In this document: piece by piece, positions 39,485 to 49,641 of the stretch
Layout: every line of letters begins with the position of its first letter
Position numbering within the stretch: position 1 is the first letter of the stretch
Assembly (NCBI GenBank): GCA_965140415.1
Contig: OZ223209.1
Span: 224,001 to 288,000 of the forward strand
Length of the DNA stretch: 64,000 nt
Reading direction: 5' to 3'
Source of the DNA: Myxococcota bacterium
GTDB taxonomy: Bacteria; Myxococcota_A; SURF-8
Translations under genes and position numbers: made by a program
Notes under the pieces: generated by a model
Told to the model about the DNA's origin: nothing
What the model saw: only the letters and a program-made list of their open reading frames with translations
Database searches by the model: none

Positions 39485-40708
39485 CTACTGATGGTGCATG
39501 GCGTCGACTGGATTCAACCGTGCGGCTTTCATCGCCGGGTACACGGCAGCCAATAGCGCCAATACAATTAGAGAAATCAACGGGATCGCAATCACGCGAG
39601 CGGTGAGAGCCCCGCGCCAGACCGGGTCCATGGCAATACCGCTGATCGCCAGCCCCTCGCCATTACCCAGTGTCGCCAGATCCAACCCCGTGTTTTGCAG
39701 ATAGTGCAATCCAGGAATCCCGAAGGCTTCTCCCAGCACCACTGCCGCCAGCGTCATTAAAAGCGTTTCCATCAACACCAACATGAAAATCGACCACGGC
39801 CCCACGCCAAGCGCTTTCATCACACCGTATTCGCGGATACGCTCGAAGACCGCCATCAGCATGGCGTTTAAGATCACGATGCCAACCGCCACGTACACCA
39901 GAATCGTCATGGGAATCAACATGACTTCCCAGATGTCCAGCATTTCCGCCAGCGCCGGGCTGATCTGCTTCCAGGTCGCGACTTCCATATTCGGCACCAA
40001 CGTTTTTATTTGTGCCGCCGCCGCAGTCAGCTTTACGTCCTTGGGCAGGCTTACAATGATTTCGTGTGCGCCCTGCTCCATGACCATCAAGTCACGAAAG
40101 GTGGCCGCGTTCATATAAAAGCCGCCGCGATCCAGACCGTCGCCGACGCTCTTTAAAACGCCACGGACCTTGAACAAATCGTTTGCCAAGGATCCGTCCG
40201 CAGCCTGTGAAACAATAACGACCTGATCGTCCACCTTGGCATTTAGCGACTTGGCCAGTTTCTTCCCAAGCACCACACCGTTCGGATCGGCTGCATCCAG
40301 CCATTTCCCGGCCAGCAGGTGCTCCGGCAGTTCCAGCGTTTCATCCTCCAGCGTCGCATCCACGCCGCGCAGAATCGCTGCCGAAGAGGAATTGTCTTTT
40401 GCCGCCAGACCGGTAGCAAACAGACGATAACTGGCCCTGTAGCCTTTTTCTTTCAGTTGTGCGATCAGCTTTTCCGGCTCCGGCACCTGCTTGTACAACG
40501 ACGGTGACACGCGGTACTCGGGGTGGTGGATCTGAATGTCGCCCATCTCCATTTCGGTAATAATGCGCTTCATGTCCAGCAGCAGCCCCTCCATCAACCC
40601 GTCGTACATCGTCATGATGCCTAACGCCAGCGCCATTGCCGCTACGGTGATAAAGCTTCGCCGTTTGGCGCGCATGATGTTGCGCGCCGCCATTCGCCAG
40701 CTTTTCAT
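39485..40708 (-). CDS. ABC permease (LolE/FtsX-like)
   Basis: MAARN, ERIREYG, YPAMKAARLNP. Confidence 0.92.
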   Translation of the reverse strand: MKSWRMAARNIMRAKRRSFITVAAMALALGIMTMYDGLMEGLLLDMKRIITEMEMGDIQIHHPEYRVSPSLYKQVPEPEKLIAQLKEKGYRASYRLFATGLAAKDNSSSAAILRGVDATLEDETLELPEHLLAGKWLDAADPNGVVLGKKLAKSLNAKVDDQVVIVSQAADGSLANDLFKVRGVLKSVGDGLDRGGFYMNAATFRDLMVMEQGAHEIIVSLPKDVKLTAAAAQIKTLVPNMEVATWKQISPALAEMLDIWEVMLIPMTILVYVAVGIVILNAMLMAVFERIREYGVMKALGVGPWSIFMLVLMETLLMTLAAVVLGEAFGIPGLHYLQNTGLDLATLGNGEGLAISGIAMDPVWRGALTARVIAIPLISLIVLALLAAVYPAMKAARLNPVDAMHHQ

Positions 40709-40718
40709 ACCGACCTCC

Positions 40719-41519
40719 CTACTTGCGCCTCAATTGATTGAGCGAGAAGAATGATGCGTTGATCTTGATGTCGAAGGTGATTTCCTTGTAGATCAACTCG
40801 GTGTATTCTTCCGGTTTATCCTGTGGCGTCATTTTCATGTAATGTGGAACCAGCCGCCCGGAATCCGTACGAAAATCGGAAAACGTCATGGTGCGCGCGA
40901 TCTCTTCGTCTTCGTCGTAATACACCATGGTCAACGGCATGAAGTCCTTTTCCCGCACCATCACCACGACCTTACCCCACACCACGGGCGCATCGGGTTT
41001 GGGTTTGGCGATGATCTCGATCAGCTTCTGCCCGTTACGCTCGCCGACAAAGCCGAGCTTGGAGCTATAGTCGTCCGACCAGCGACTTTCACGCACGAGA
41101 TCGTCGTTGGTGAAGTGGCTGCCCATCCAGGAACCCATCATCATGGCCGCCGTCAGTTTGATGGTACGATCGGTCTTGGGCAGGTAGTTCCAGATGTCTT
41201 TATCCACCTTCAAGGTCGCCGTGTCGCGCTCCTTGATCGGTTTCAACACCTTCACCAGCGATTTCTCTTCGCCCAGCGACCACATCTTCATGGTCATCGA
41301 GCGTTGCCAGTGCTGCGTTTTCACGTTCATTTCAACCAGCGATTCACTGGATTTTCCGCGCAGCAGATCATCCACCTTGTTCATGATGCTATCGACATCA
41401 TAGGCCGGTTTCTCGGCTGGTGTGGCTTTTGCGGTCTCCGCCGCCTGCGCCGCGAAAACAGGAGTTACTAAAAAAGCCATTGCGATCAGAACCGAAAGGA
41501 TGGATTTGAATAATGCCAT
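40719..41519 (-). CDS. outer membrane lipoprotein-sorting protein (LolA-like)
   Basis: Signal peptide; WNYLP, SWMGSHFTNDD, FFSLNQL. Confidence 0.85.
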   Translation of the reverse strand: MALFKSILSVLIAMAFLVTPVFAAQAAETAKATPAEKPAYDVDSIMNKVDDLLRGKSSESLVEMNVKTQHWQRSMTMKMWSLGEEKSLVKVLKPIKERDTATLKVDKDIWNYLPKTDRTIKLTAAMMMGSWMGSHFTNDDLVRESRWSDDYSSKLGFVGERNGQKLIEIIAKPKPDAPVVWGKVVVMVREKDFMPLTMVYYDEDEEIARTMTFSDFRTDSGRLVPHYMKMTPQDKPEEYTELIYKEITFDIKINASFFSLNQLRRK

Positions 41520-41530
41520 AATGGATCACC

Positions 41531-42172
41531 TCACTTTCGTTTGGGACGAGTCTGCGGTTTGCGACTTGGCGCTGCCGCTCGTTTTTGCGGATCGTTCATA
41601 ATGCCATAAAACAAGAAATTGTTCACCTCTGCGGTCATTTCTCCGGTACTGGAAAAAAGCGCTACGAAGGCTTCGTCTGCAACCAGTTCCTGCATTTTCA
41701 GGATCATCATATACACAAACTCCGGGTCCAGGCTGGCACGGATTTCCCCGGTATTCTGTCGATGAACGATGAACCTTTGAAACTCCGCCATTCCCTTTTG
41801 GGTCAGTTCATCCAATAGATCTTTCAACCCGAAATCGGGATCGTACATTTCCTGAACCAGTTCCGGGCACATCTGGTTCGCCAGCTTCTTTTTTTCCCGA
41901 ACAATGGTGGTAACGATTTCCTCGGCAGACCGATCCGAGTCGATGATGTTCGAGAAATGTTTTATGGACGCATTCATTGTATCCTGAATGATCCTGGCGG
42001 CAAGATCCAGTTTATTAGGAAAGATTCTGTAGAACGTGACTTTGCTGACTTTGGCCACCCGACAGATTTCCTCGATGCTCACTCGACGGATGCCGTGCCT
42101 GAACATCAGTTCACGTCCTGCTTCAATTAAGATCTCTTCCTTATTTCCTCTGGAACTTTGTTTTACCGCCAT
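41531..42172 (-). CDS. TetR family regulator
   Basis: GIRRVSIEEICRVAKVSKVTFYRIFPNK HTH. Confidence 0.92.
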   Translation of the reverse strand: MAVKQSSRGNKEEILIEAGRELMFRHGIRRVSIEEICRVAKVSKVTFYRIFPNKLDLAARIIQDTMNASIKHFSNIIDSDRSAEEIVTTIVREKKKLANQMCPELVQEMYDPDFGLKDLLDELTQKGMAEFQRFIVHRQNTGEIRASLDPEFVYMMILKMQELVADEAFVALFSSTGEMTAEVNNFLFYGIMNDPQKRAAAPSRKPQTRPKRK

Positions 42173-42192
42173 ATTACGAATTCCTTTGTAGT

Positions 42193-42245
42193 TTACGATA
42201 ATCGTTAATTAGTACGATTATCGTAAATAAGTACGATGAATGTAA
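42193..42245. promoter_or_regulatory. three tandem palindromic operators at 19-bp period
   Basis: TTACGATAATCGTTA, GTACGATTATCGTAA and GTACGATGAATGTAA directly upstream of tetR. Confidence 0.7.
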
Positions 42246-42375
42246 ACTTAGTTCCAATTCGTATCATTTGTCAAGAACTTTCGCTGAATATTGTTTTTCG
42301 TGTATAATATCGCCTGTTTTCTTTATCGTGACAGCGGTTTGACTGTCCGTCCATCAACGTGAGAATGGCGAGATA

Positions 42376-43401
42376 ATGCTTTTTCCCTTTACCAAACGCT
42401 TTTTCGAACTCGCGAAAATCCGGCGCGACTTCGTTCCAACGGTGATCAACGATCTGGCCTCCCGCGACTTCACCGGTCACGTCGTGCTGCTGGATGAACG
42501 ACAATCGCAGACCGTGACGTTGGAATCCGGCCAGCTACGATCTACGGCCATGTGGCGCAGTCCGGCAGGCTTCGAGCGTCGCTGTGCCTCGCGCGATCGG
42601 CACTTTCAGAGTTTCGAGGAAGATGTCAGTGTTGAAATTCTGGAAGCGGATGTCGGCATGGCGGCATTGTCGCATCAATTCTGCCGGGCACAACCGGTGT
42701 GGCGCGGTGTCGGAAAACGCTGGCTGGAAGAAGCAAAACGCGAATGCATGGAAACCGGCATGGCGGTACTGGGACGCTTGCAGGGACCGGTATGTGAACT
42801 GGCGCTGGTTCGAGAACGCCGCATTGAAGTTGCCTATCGTTTCGATGTCCACGAGGGAGTCTATCGCCAAGTTGGCGAGAATTTCTGGGAAGACGAATTA
42901 CAGGCAGATACGGCGCTGGAACTGGTACCGCTGGGGGCAACGCTGTATCCGCAACCGGAACTGGCCGCAAGCGATGCGCTGACGGCGACCGTGGAAAAAT
43001 ACACACTGGTACTCGACTGGATCTGCGAGCACCTGAGTTCTTCGTTGGGTTCAGGCGGCATGAGTTCGGTAAATGCCCTGGTGGAAGTGTTTAAAAAGAA
43101 ATATCCGCCCCTATATCGCGGCGTGTATATGAATCCCGAAACCGGCAAAGTGAATTGGGATCATTTAATGAACAATCGCGAACGGGTCAACCTGTCGTAT
43201 CGGTACGACATGTTCCTGCTGTATCTGGATGAACTGATCATGAAGTTTACCCAACTGCTTTACGAAAAAGTCGGTGTAGACGGGTTGAAAGCCTTCGGCA
43301 AGGAAGTCATGCGCATGCGCAAAATCACCCCGGATATGGACATCGAAGCTACACGCACGTTCTTCCGCAAACTGGATAAGCTGGTTCAAGCCGGAAAATA
43401 G
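42376..43401 (+). CDS. hypothetical cytoplasmic protein, possible DUF4388/PATAN-like N-terminus
   Basis: 341-aa ORF; weak FTGHVVL...ESG pattern. Confidence 0.6.
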   Translation: MLFPFTKRFFELAKIRRDFVPTVINDLASRDFTGHVVLLDERQSQTVTLESGQLRSTAMWRSPAGFERRCASRDRHFQSFEEDVSVEILEADVGMAALSHQFCRAQPVWRGVGKRWLEEAKRECMETGMAVLGRLQGPVCELALVRERRIEVAYRFDVHEGVYRQVGENFWEDELQADTALELVPLGATLYPQPELAASDALTATVEKYTLVLDWICEHLSSSLGSGGMSSVNALVEVFKKKYPPLYRGVYMNPETGKVNWDHLMNNRERVNLSYRYDMFLLYLDELIMKFTQLLYEKVGVDGLKAFGKEVMRMRKITPDMDIEATRTFFRKLDKLVQAGK

Positions 43402-43527
43402 AAAAGACGAAAACGGATTTACCGCCGGAAATTACGATTGCAACCGGATGGTCATGGAACAAAAAAAGCTCCCGACAAACGGGTCGGCCTGCCGGAAGCG
43501 TGTTTCGTATTTTTACAACACTCGTTT

Positions 43528-46500
43528 CTAATCTTCCGGTGCGACGTATCGGAATGCACCATCTTCGCGCATGAGCGAAAACTGCATGGTACCCGGTGAC
43601 GCATTGATCTTGTAGGCATCACCGGTCAACATCCAGGTCGGTGTAGGGCTGTCGTTCAAATAGATCCGGAAAGTGAGGTTAGCCGAAACCGGATCGCAAT
43701 GCTCCACCGGAACGCAATGCTCACAGCTACCACAGCAGATACGCAAGGCATAACAGAAAGGCGGGCAGGTGCAACCGCACAAATCACAGTTGTCGTCGTA
43801 CCAGCGGCAATCGTTTTCCGTGTAACAGGTCTCCCAATGGCTGACGTACTCGGCCACGATGTTGTAGATACCATCATCCGGATTATCATGCCTGAAGGCT
43901 TCGGGTGTCAGTCCGTCGTCTGAACTATGCGTGAATTGTGGTGTTCCCCAATCCCCCCAATCGGGATTTTCATTTCCTTCGTGACAATCGCCCGAACTTT
44001 CCAGCGTGCCGGAAGGTCGCAGGTAGTGCAGATCGACATCACCGGAGCCGGTCCATACCAGCTCGACGCGGATGCTGTCGTTGGCGATGGCATGAACTTG
44101 AATCTCAGCCCGATCCGCGCTCACGCGCCCGTCGTTGTCTTCGACTTCCAACAGAACGTCGTAATAGCCGGGCGTATTGAAGGTGTGACTGGGTTGCGGA
44201 TCGTTGCTTAACGGGCTCAGTTCCCCGTCGGGATGTTCGCGCAGATACCAGCGGTACGCCACGATTTCGCCGTCCGGGTCGGTGGACTGCGTTCCGTCCA
44301 AACGTAACGGGATCTTGGCCTGGGCAGTCACGGAGGTCAACCCGGTACCCAGTTCTGTGGCAATGGCGATCGGATCACCCTGCACCGCAATTTCCAGACG
44401 AGAGTCGGAAGAAGGTAGACTCTGCGCGTTTTGTGTGTCGGTCACCTGCAAGCGCACGGTGTATTGCCCCGACTGCCTGAAGGTGATGGAAGTGGCGACC
44501 TGATTCAAGCCTGCCGCGCCCCAGACGTAGCCGGAAGTCTGGTCGATAGACCACTGGAAGCTTTCGACCGTATCGCCCGTATCCGGATCGGTACTGGCCG
44601 CACCGCTTAACTCCACAACCTGATCGATGGCCACCACGCGCTGGTGCGTTGCACCGTCGTTCGGATCCCCTGCGGGCGACTGAATCACCGCCTCCGGCGG
44701 ATGGTTGGGCGAATACACACCGGAAAGCAAAACGTTGAACTCGGGATAATCGTCACCCGGTTCTGCGCCCAATCTTGCGGCATCTTTATCGTTGTGACGC
44801 AAGACCAGTGCGCCGTTCTGTACGTCGCCCTGCGGATTGAAGCGCACGTCGATCTGCATGTACTCGCCACTGACGCCATAGAGCGTCCAGCCATCTTCGC
44901 CCGCCTCGGGAGTGACGTTCAGAATCTCGAAGTCATCGGTTCCCAGAATCTCGATACTTTCAATATTCAACTGGTACGGGCGCTGATTGACGACGATCAC
45001 CGAAATTTCATCTCCGGCGATCTGCGTGAAGTCCAGTTCGTCGGGGGTCACGATCAGTTCCAGTTCGATCGGTTCGGCGTTGAGACTGATCTCATAGGCA
45101 TGATGCCCTTCCGTTTCACAGGCTTCGCTGCTGCCCAAGGCGTTGACGCCATCGTTGCATAAGATGATTTTCCCATGGTTCACAACCTTCTCGGTCGGTC
45201 CCCACAGAATGTCGAAGCTCATGCTTTCACCGGGCTGAACCGTGATCGGGAAATCTTCTTCGTCCAGATCGATGCCCCAGACCGCTTCGTCTCCGGTTTC
45301 GGGCTGGATGCTGGAAATATGCAGCGGCGCACCGCCGACACTCGAGACCGTTACGCGGTTCTTCGCGACCCAGAGTTCGCGCTCGGTTTCGGTCATTTCG
45401 CCCATTGGCTTGGGCAGCTTCTGTACGCGGTCGTCGAAACCGTAATAATCCAGGTCCACGTCGATCAACGATGAAATCCCGCAGCCTTTCAGGTCCACCA
45501 TGTAGTAGATCACCGGCTCGGTACCCAGCGCAATGGTCAGACTTGCGGTTTCTTCCGCGATCTCCACATTCGGCGCATATTGCACGTCCAGTTGCAGCGA
45601 TTCCCCCTGGTGCAAAGTGACGGGGAATGCAGGCGGCGTGGGCAGGCTGAACACCTGAGATTGCTGAACGAAAGCCGTATCGATGATGATTTCACCTTCG
45701 CCCTGGTAGTCGATCGTGACCGGCAGCGACAAGGTGGAACCGACCTGCACACACTGATAATCCAGCAGACCGGGGGTAATGCTCAAAGCGGGAGGAATTC
45801 CCTGCCCGGTCAGGGTAAGAGTGCTGACCGATGCATCATAGCTATTGGAATAGATTTTATAAGTCGCTGCAACTTCTCCAATGGCCTGCGGTTCGAAGGC
45901 AAATGTCAGGGTCTGAGTCTGACCCGGTTCGATATCGAAGGGGAAGGAAATGTCCGGGCTCTCGACATAGCTGAATACCGGCGAACTGCCGGGACCGAAC
46001 TCGCCTTCCTGCACCGTCAAAGTCAAACCGCCGTTATTGCGCAACGTGGCCTGCATTTCACGCCGATCACCCACCGGGATGGAGGCAAAATCCAACACAC
46101 TGGTATTGAGACTCAATTCCGGCACGGTTCCGATCACATGCAACGCCACTTCCAAGGGATAGGCAATCGTCGGATCGTTGTGATATAGCAGCAAGGTGCC
46201 GTTTTCTTCTCCAGCCTGATTCGGTAATGCATCCAGCGGCAGTTGCAGGGTGCCGCCCGGCTCGATTGTGAACGGTGGAATCGAAGCGGCAGAACCCAAA
46301 AAGAAGGTGTTGCTTTCAGAAATGATCTGGACGTCGCTGACGATCACCGTTCCCGCGCCGTCGCCCTCTTCCAGATTGCGCAGACTCAAGTTGCTACTGG
46401 TGCGCTCGCCGACCGGAGCCAGACCGAATTCCATCATTGCAGGATCGACGGCAAACTGTACCCGTCCGTTATCTTCGGCGATCAGATACAGTGTTCGCAC

Positions 46501-47196
46501 CGGCTTAAGTACATCGTTGGACTCGATTTTCAAACGCGCCTGCGCCTCACCCTCTCCGGAGCGCGTAAACCGCAGACTCACATGAACCGAGGTGCCCATT
46601 GAAATCGTAAAGGGCGGATCGACCGGCGCGGTAAACACGAAAACGCCTGCATCGCTCTGTCCCACTTCGATGGTCATATCGATGATGCGCAGATCTTCTT
46701 CGCCGACACTGGCCAACTCAAGCTCACGCGTGGAAGACTCACCCTGTACCACGGAACCGAAATTCAGCGGATCGGGACTGACCTCCAACTTGGGACCATC
46801 CGGAATTTCAAGCTCGCCTTCCTCTTCCGGCTCCAATTCCGGAGCGACTTCTTCATCTAAATCGCCATCGACGGGACGTAATTCACAAACATGATCCCTG
46901 CACCAGTATCCGGGCGAGCACTGGTTGTCGTTGACACATTCGTAATCGGGATCTTCTTCTTGAATGATTTCGACCAGTTCCGGGTCTCCATCGGGCAAAG
47001 CATACTGACAGATATCACTGATACACACCAGCGTTCCGTTGCAGCTACCATCGGAAAAGCAGGGTTCACCGAATCCGCCGGCTTTTTCATCGCCATCTGG
47101 GCTTTCGATATTCGCACTGGAGGAACATCCCGTGGCTAGCATCAGAAGCAACATCAGGACAAAGCCAAAAAAGAGACCGATCCTTTGACTACTCAT
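43528..47196 (-). CDS. large surface lipoprotein: choice-of-anchor-D/ASH-like Ig repeats, two PKD domains, YfaP-like C-terminal domain
   Basis: Lipobox ATGC; repeated LxFG/PFxIxPG units; STDPD and YxVxLxV; VELVWTGSGDVDLH. Confidence 0.85.
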   Translation of the reverse strand: MSSQRIGLFFGFVLMLLLMLATGCSSSANIESPDGDEKAGGFGEPCFSDGSCNGTLVCISDICQYALPDGDPELVEIIQEEDPDYECVNDNQCSPGYWCRDHVCELRPVDGDLDEEVAPELEPEEEGELEIPDGPKLEVSPDPLNFGSVVQGESSTRELELASVGEEDLRIIDMTIEVGQSDAGVFVFTAPVDPPFTISMGTSVHVSLRFTRSGEGEAQARLKIESNDVLKPVRTLYLIAEDNGRVQFAVDPAMMEFGLAPVGERTSSNLSLRNLEEGDGAGTVIVSDVQIISESNTFFLGSAASIPPFTIEPGGTLQLPLDALPNQAGEENGTLLLYHNDPTIAYPLEVALHVIGTVPELSLNTSVLDFASIPVGDRREMQATLRNNGGLTLTVQEGEFGPGSSPVFSYVESPDISFPFDIEPGQTQTLTFAFEPQAIGEVAATYKIYSNSYDASVSTLTLTGQGIPPALSITPGLLDYQCVQVGSTLSLPVTIDYQGEGEIIIDTAFVQQSQVFSLPTPPAFPVTLHQGESLQLDVQYAPNVEIAEETASLTIALGTEPVIYYMVDLKGCGISSLIDVDLDYYGFDDRVQKLPKPMGEMTETERELWVAKNRVTVSSVGGAPLHISSIQPETGDEAVWGIDLDEEDFPITVQPGESMSFDILWGPTEKVVNHGKIILCNDGVNALGSSEACETEGHHAYEISLNAEPIELELIVTPDELDFTQIAGDEISVIVVNQRPYQLNIESIEILGTDDFEILNVTPEAGEDGWTLYGVSGEYMQIDVRFNPQGDVQNGALVLRHNDKDAARLGAEPGDDYPEFNVLLSGVYSPNHPPEAVIQSPAGDPNDGATHQRVVAIDQVVELSGAASTDPDTGDTVESFQWSIDQTSGYVWGAAGLNQVATSITFRQSGQYTVRLQVTDTQNAQSLPSSDSRLEIAVQGDPIAIATELGTGLTSVTAQAKIPLRLDGTQSTDPDGEIVAYRWYLREHPDGELSPLSNDPQPSHTFNTPGYYDVLLEVEDNDGRVSADRAEIQVHAIANDSIRVELVWTGSGDVDLHYLRPSGTLESSGDCHEGNENPDWGDWGTPQFTHSSDDGLTPEAFRHDNPDDGIYNIVAEYVSHWETCYTENDCRWYDDNCDLCGCTCPPFCYALRICCGSCEHCVPVEHCDPVSANLTFRIYLNDSPTPTWMLTGDAYKINASPGTMQFSLMREDGAFRYVAPED

Positions 47197-47417
47197 ATCC
47201 TACTCCTTATCCGACGTACGCACGTGATTTGCCATCGGGTTTCCATTGTGTTGTTTTAAACGGGTTATCGCCGCCGTGCGGCGAGCGTTTCCGATTGCTA
47301 CAGAACATTTATTGTAGGCTGTGCGGCTCACCCCCGTCAAGTAAAGACATCGCACTCCCATGTCATTTCACGTATCGGTTGCAATTCATTACCGAAATTG
47401 TGCGCCTTGCAACACCA

Positions 47418-47949
47418 ATAGATTCCCCCGGGCAAGCCCGGGGTTCTTACCGTTACAGCTTCATGCGAAGCTGACCTGAATCCTGGCGTCCCTGGTGTTC
47501 CACATAGTTCTTAATCGTGTCTTCGTCGATGCCTACACTGCTGACAAAGTAACCCGGCGACCAGACAATGTTTTCTTTCCAACACACCTTTGATAACCAT
47601 TTGAAAGTCTTGCGCATATGGGACGACGATTGGCTCTTCAATCTGCTCATCACCTCGGCAATGCTGTATTTCGGAGGAATTACCATCACCATGTGCAAAT
47701 GATCCTGATCAAAGCCAATCGTCTCGATCATAACGCCGGGCATACTTCGCAGCAACTTCGGCAGAACGTTGCGCAAATAACCGCAGACGTCAGGCTTCAG
47801 GATCCGGCGGCGGTATTTGCAGGCCCACACAACATGGTATTGGAGGCAATAGACACTGTGCGCTGTTTTGATGCATTCCATATCTCCATTATACCACCGC
47901 CGGGCTCATTCATCCACGGGCAAGCCCGTGGTATTCTGTCAAGGACCGC
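47418..47949 (-). mobile_element. IS200-like element 3 (532 bp)
   Basis: Terminal hairpins shared with the 133-bp elements; lies 3' of TTTGT; ends CTAT. Confidence 0.9.
47453..47881 (-). CDS. tnpA: IS200/IS605 Y1 transposase
   Basis: YHVVWACKYRR, DHLH, WSPGYF, YVEHQ. Confidence 0.95.
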   Translation of the reverse strand: MECIKTAHSVYCLQYHVVWACKYRRRILKPDVCGYLRNVLPKLLRSMPGVMIETIGFDQDHLHMVMVIPPKYSIAEVMSRLKSQSSSHMRKTFKWLSKVCWKENIVWSPGYFVSSVGIDEDTIKNYVEHQGRQDSGQLRMKL

Positions 47950-47965
47950 ACAAATACTCCAACAA

Positions 47966-47994
47966 GTAGGATGGTCAATTGCTTTACCCATCAC
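47966..47994 (+). repeat. GTAG REP-like palindrome (family C)
   Basis: GTAGGATGG...CCATCAC, 29 bp; second copy at 54833-54861. Confidence 0.55.
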
Positions 47995-48114
47995 TCTGAA
48001 ATATTTGTCCGACCCACCCAGTTCTATCCCTCTCTCAATCTGTAATGAATGTCAAAAACGTCGTTTTCGATCCGCGAGACACGCCACCAAAACCGGACCA
48101 CCCGTGCCGCAAAC

Positions 48115-48290
48115 AGTCGCTAAACGACCGCAAGACGACCACAAGATGACCGCATTAGACACCTAAACGCGCAGTCGCTCATGCTGCCTGTTGCTGCGTT
48201 ATGCAGTGTTTAGCAGCATAATGTGACCTCATGTTGCACTAAGAAGTACTGTCGATCTACGGTCATATAGTGGTCGTTTAGCGGTCAAAC
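48115..48290. repeat. helically phased inverted repeat array
   Basis: GACC at 48126, 48137, 48148 and GGTC at 48261, 48272, 48283; 10-bp periodic block between them. Confidence 0.6.
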
Positions 48291-48324
48291 AGGGGACACC
48301 TGCGGTTCTGGTCGAAATCCGCAT

Positions 48325-48364
48325 AAAAAAATGCCGGAAACAAGGCGAACCCTGCTTCCGGCAT
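48325..48364 (-). terminator. intrinsic terminator of RRM gene 1
   Basis: ATGCCGGAA/TTCCGGCAT stem with a U7 tract on the minus strand. Confidence 0.75.
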
Positions 48365-48375
48365 CGATTACGCTG

Positions 48376-48654
48376 TTACCAACGTCCGCCGCCGCCGTTG
48401 TTACGACGCGGTTTGTCCTCGGCAATGTTGACCTTGAGTTCACGGCCATCAAGCTCTGTACCGTTCAGAGAAAGAGCTTTCTCGGCATCGCCTTCATCGG
48501 CGAAAGTCACAAAGCCGAAACCACGGCTGCGACCTGTTTCACGATCCGTAATTACCTTGGCTTCTTCGATCGTTCCGAAAGAGGAAAAAGCGTTCTCCAG
48601 CCCGGAACTATCCGTCGCCCAAGCTAAACCACCGACATAAAGTTTGTTCTGCAT
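48376..48654 (-). CDS. RRM RNA-binding protein with Gly-rich tail
   Basis: KLYVGGL (RNP2), RGFGFVTF (RNP1). Confidence 0.95.
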   Translation of the reverse strand: MQNKLYVGGLAWATDSSGLENAFSSFGTIEEAKVITDRETGRSRGFGFVTFADEGDAEKALSLNGTELDGRELKVNIAEDKPRRNNGGGGRW

Positions 48655-49194
48655 TTTTATCTGTCCTTTCAACACAAGTAACTTGGTTCCGGGACCATTC
48701 CCGTAAAGGCTAAGAACAGAAAATTCGGTGGATGTTATCTTGAATGGTAATATCACTAAGACATCGAAGGGAACATAACCGTTATTCAATTTCGTAACCA
48801 AAAACCAAATGGCAATGTACACACATATAATTAAAAATACAAGATAATAATAAAATTATTATTTTATGCCAAAATTTGGCTGTTTCTTTAACGGAAAAAG
48901 AATGATTAATCCTTATAAAGTCCGGACACTTAGAGCGGTTGTCGACCATTTCTGGTGATGTCGTAACGCCTCTAACTTCCACCGGATAAAGCAGGGTGAG
49001 TTTATCTTCGACCGCATAAAAAAAGAAATCCCCGCCAACTGGCGGGGAGATACTCAATCGATTTCGATTTTCCGATACGATCCAAACGAATACACGAAGT
49101 TTTAACAAACCGAAAAAACCCGTATCACTTTTCCCGCCTACTAAAACAAAATTTCAGCGAGTTCCCCCCGAATCGTACCCGTTCGACCTATCGC

Positions 49195-49458
49195 TTAGTA
49201 GCGCGGTCGATCGTTGCGCGAACGAGCGAAATTGACGATCACGGAGCGCCCTTGCACTTCCTGGCCGTTCATTTCCAACGCACGCTCGGCGTCATCCGGA
49301 TTATCGAAGGTCACGAAACCAAAGCCGCGACTGCGACCCGTTTCACGGTCCGTAATCACTTTCGCTTCCGTAATCTGGCCGTAGTTAATAAACGCGTCCT
49401 CAAGACCTTTGCTGTCAACGGCCCAGGCCAACCCACCCACATAAAGCTTGTTGTTCAT
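49195..49458 (-). CDS. RRM RNA-binding protein (paralogue)
   Basis: KLYVGGL, RGFGFVTF. Confidence 0.95.
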   Translation of the reverse strand: MNNKLYVGGLAWAVDSKGLEDAFINYGQITEAKVITDRETGRSRGFGFVTFDNPDDAERALEMNGQEVQGRSVIVNFARSRNDRPRY

Positions 49459-49641
49459 ACTGAATCCTTTACCCAAACACATTCTACCAGACGCCGGGCC
49501 AATTACCCTAAAACCCGGCCCACAGAAATATTGAAGCATCATGTTCAAAAAAACACAAGCAAAAATTCCCCCTAACCCAAATGTAACAGGAGTTTGGATG
49601 GGCAAAGAATGGTGCGATTGCAGCCCGACTGCGTAGCCGCG

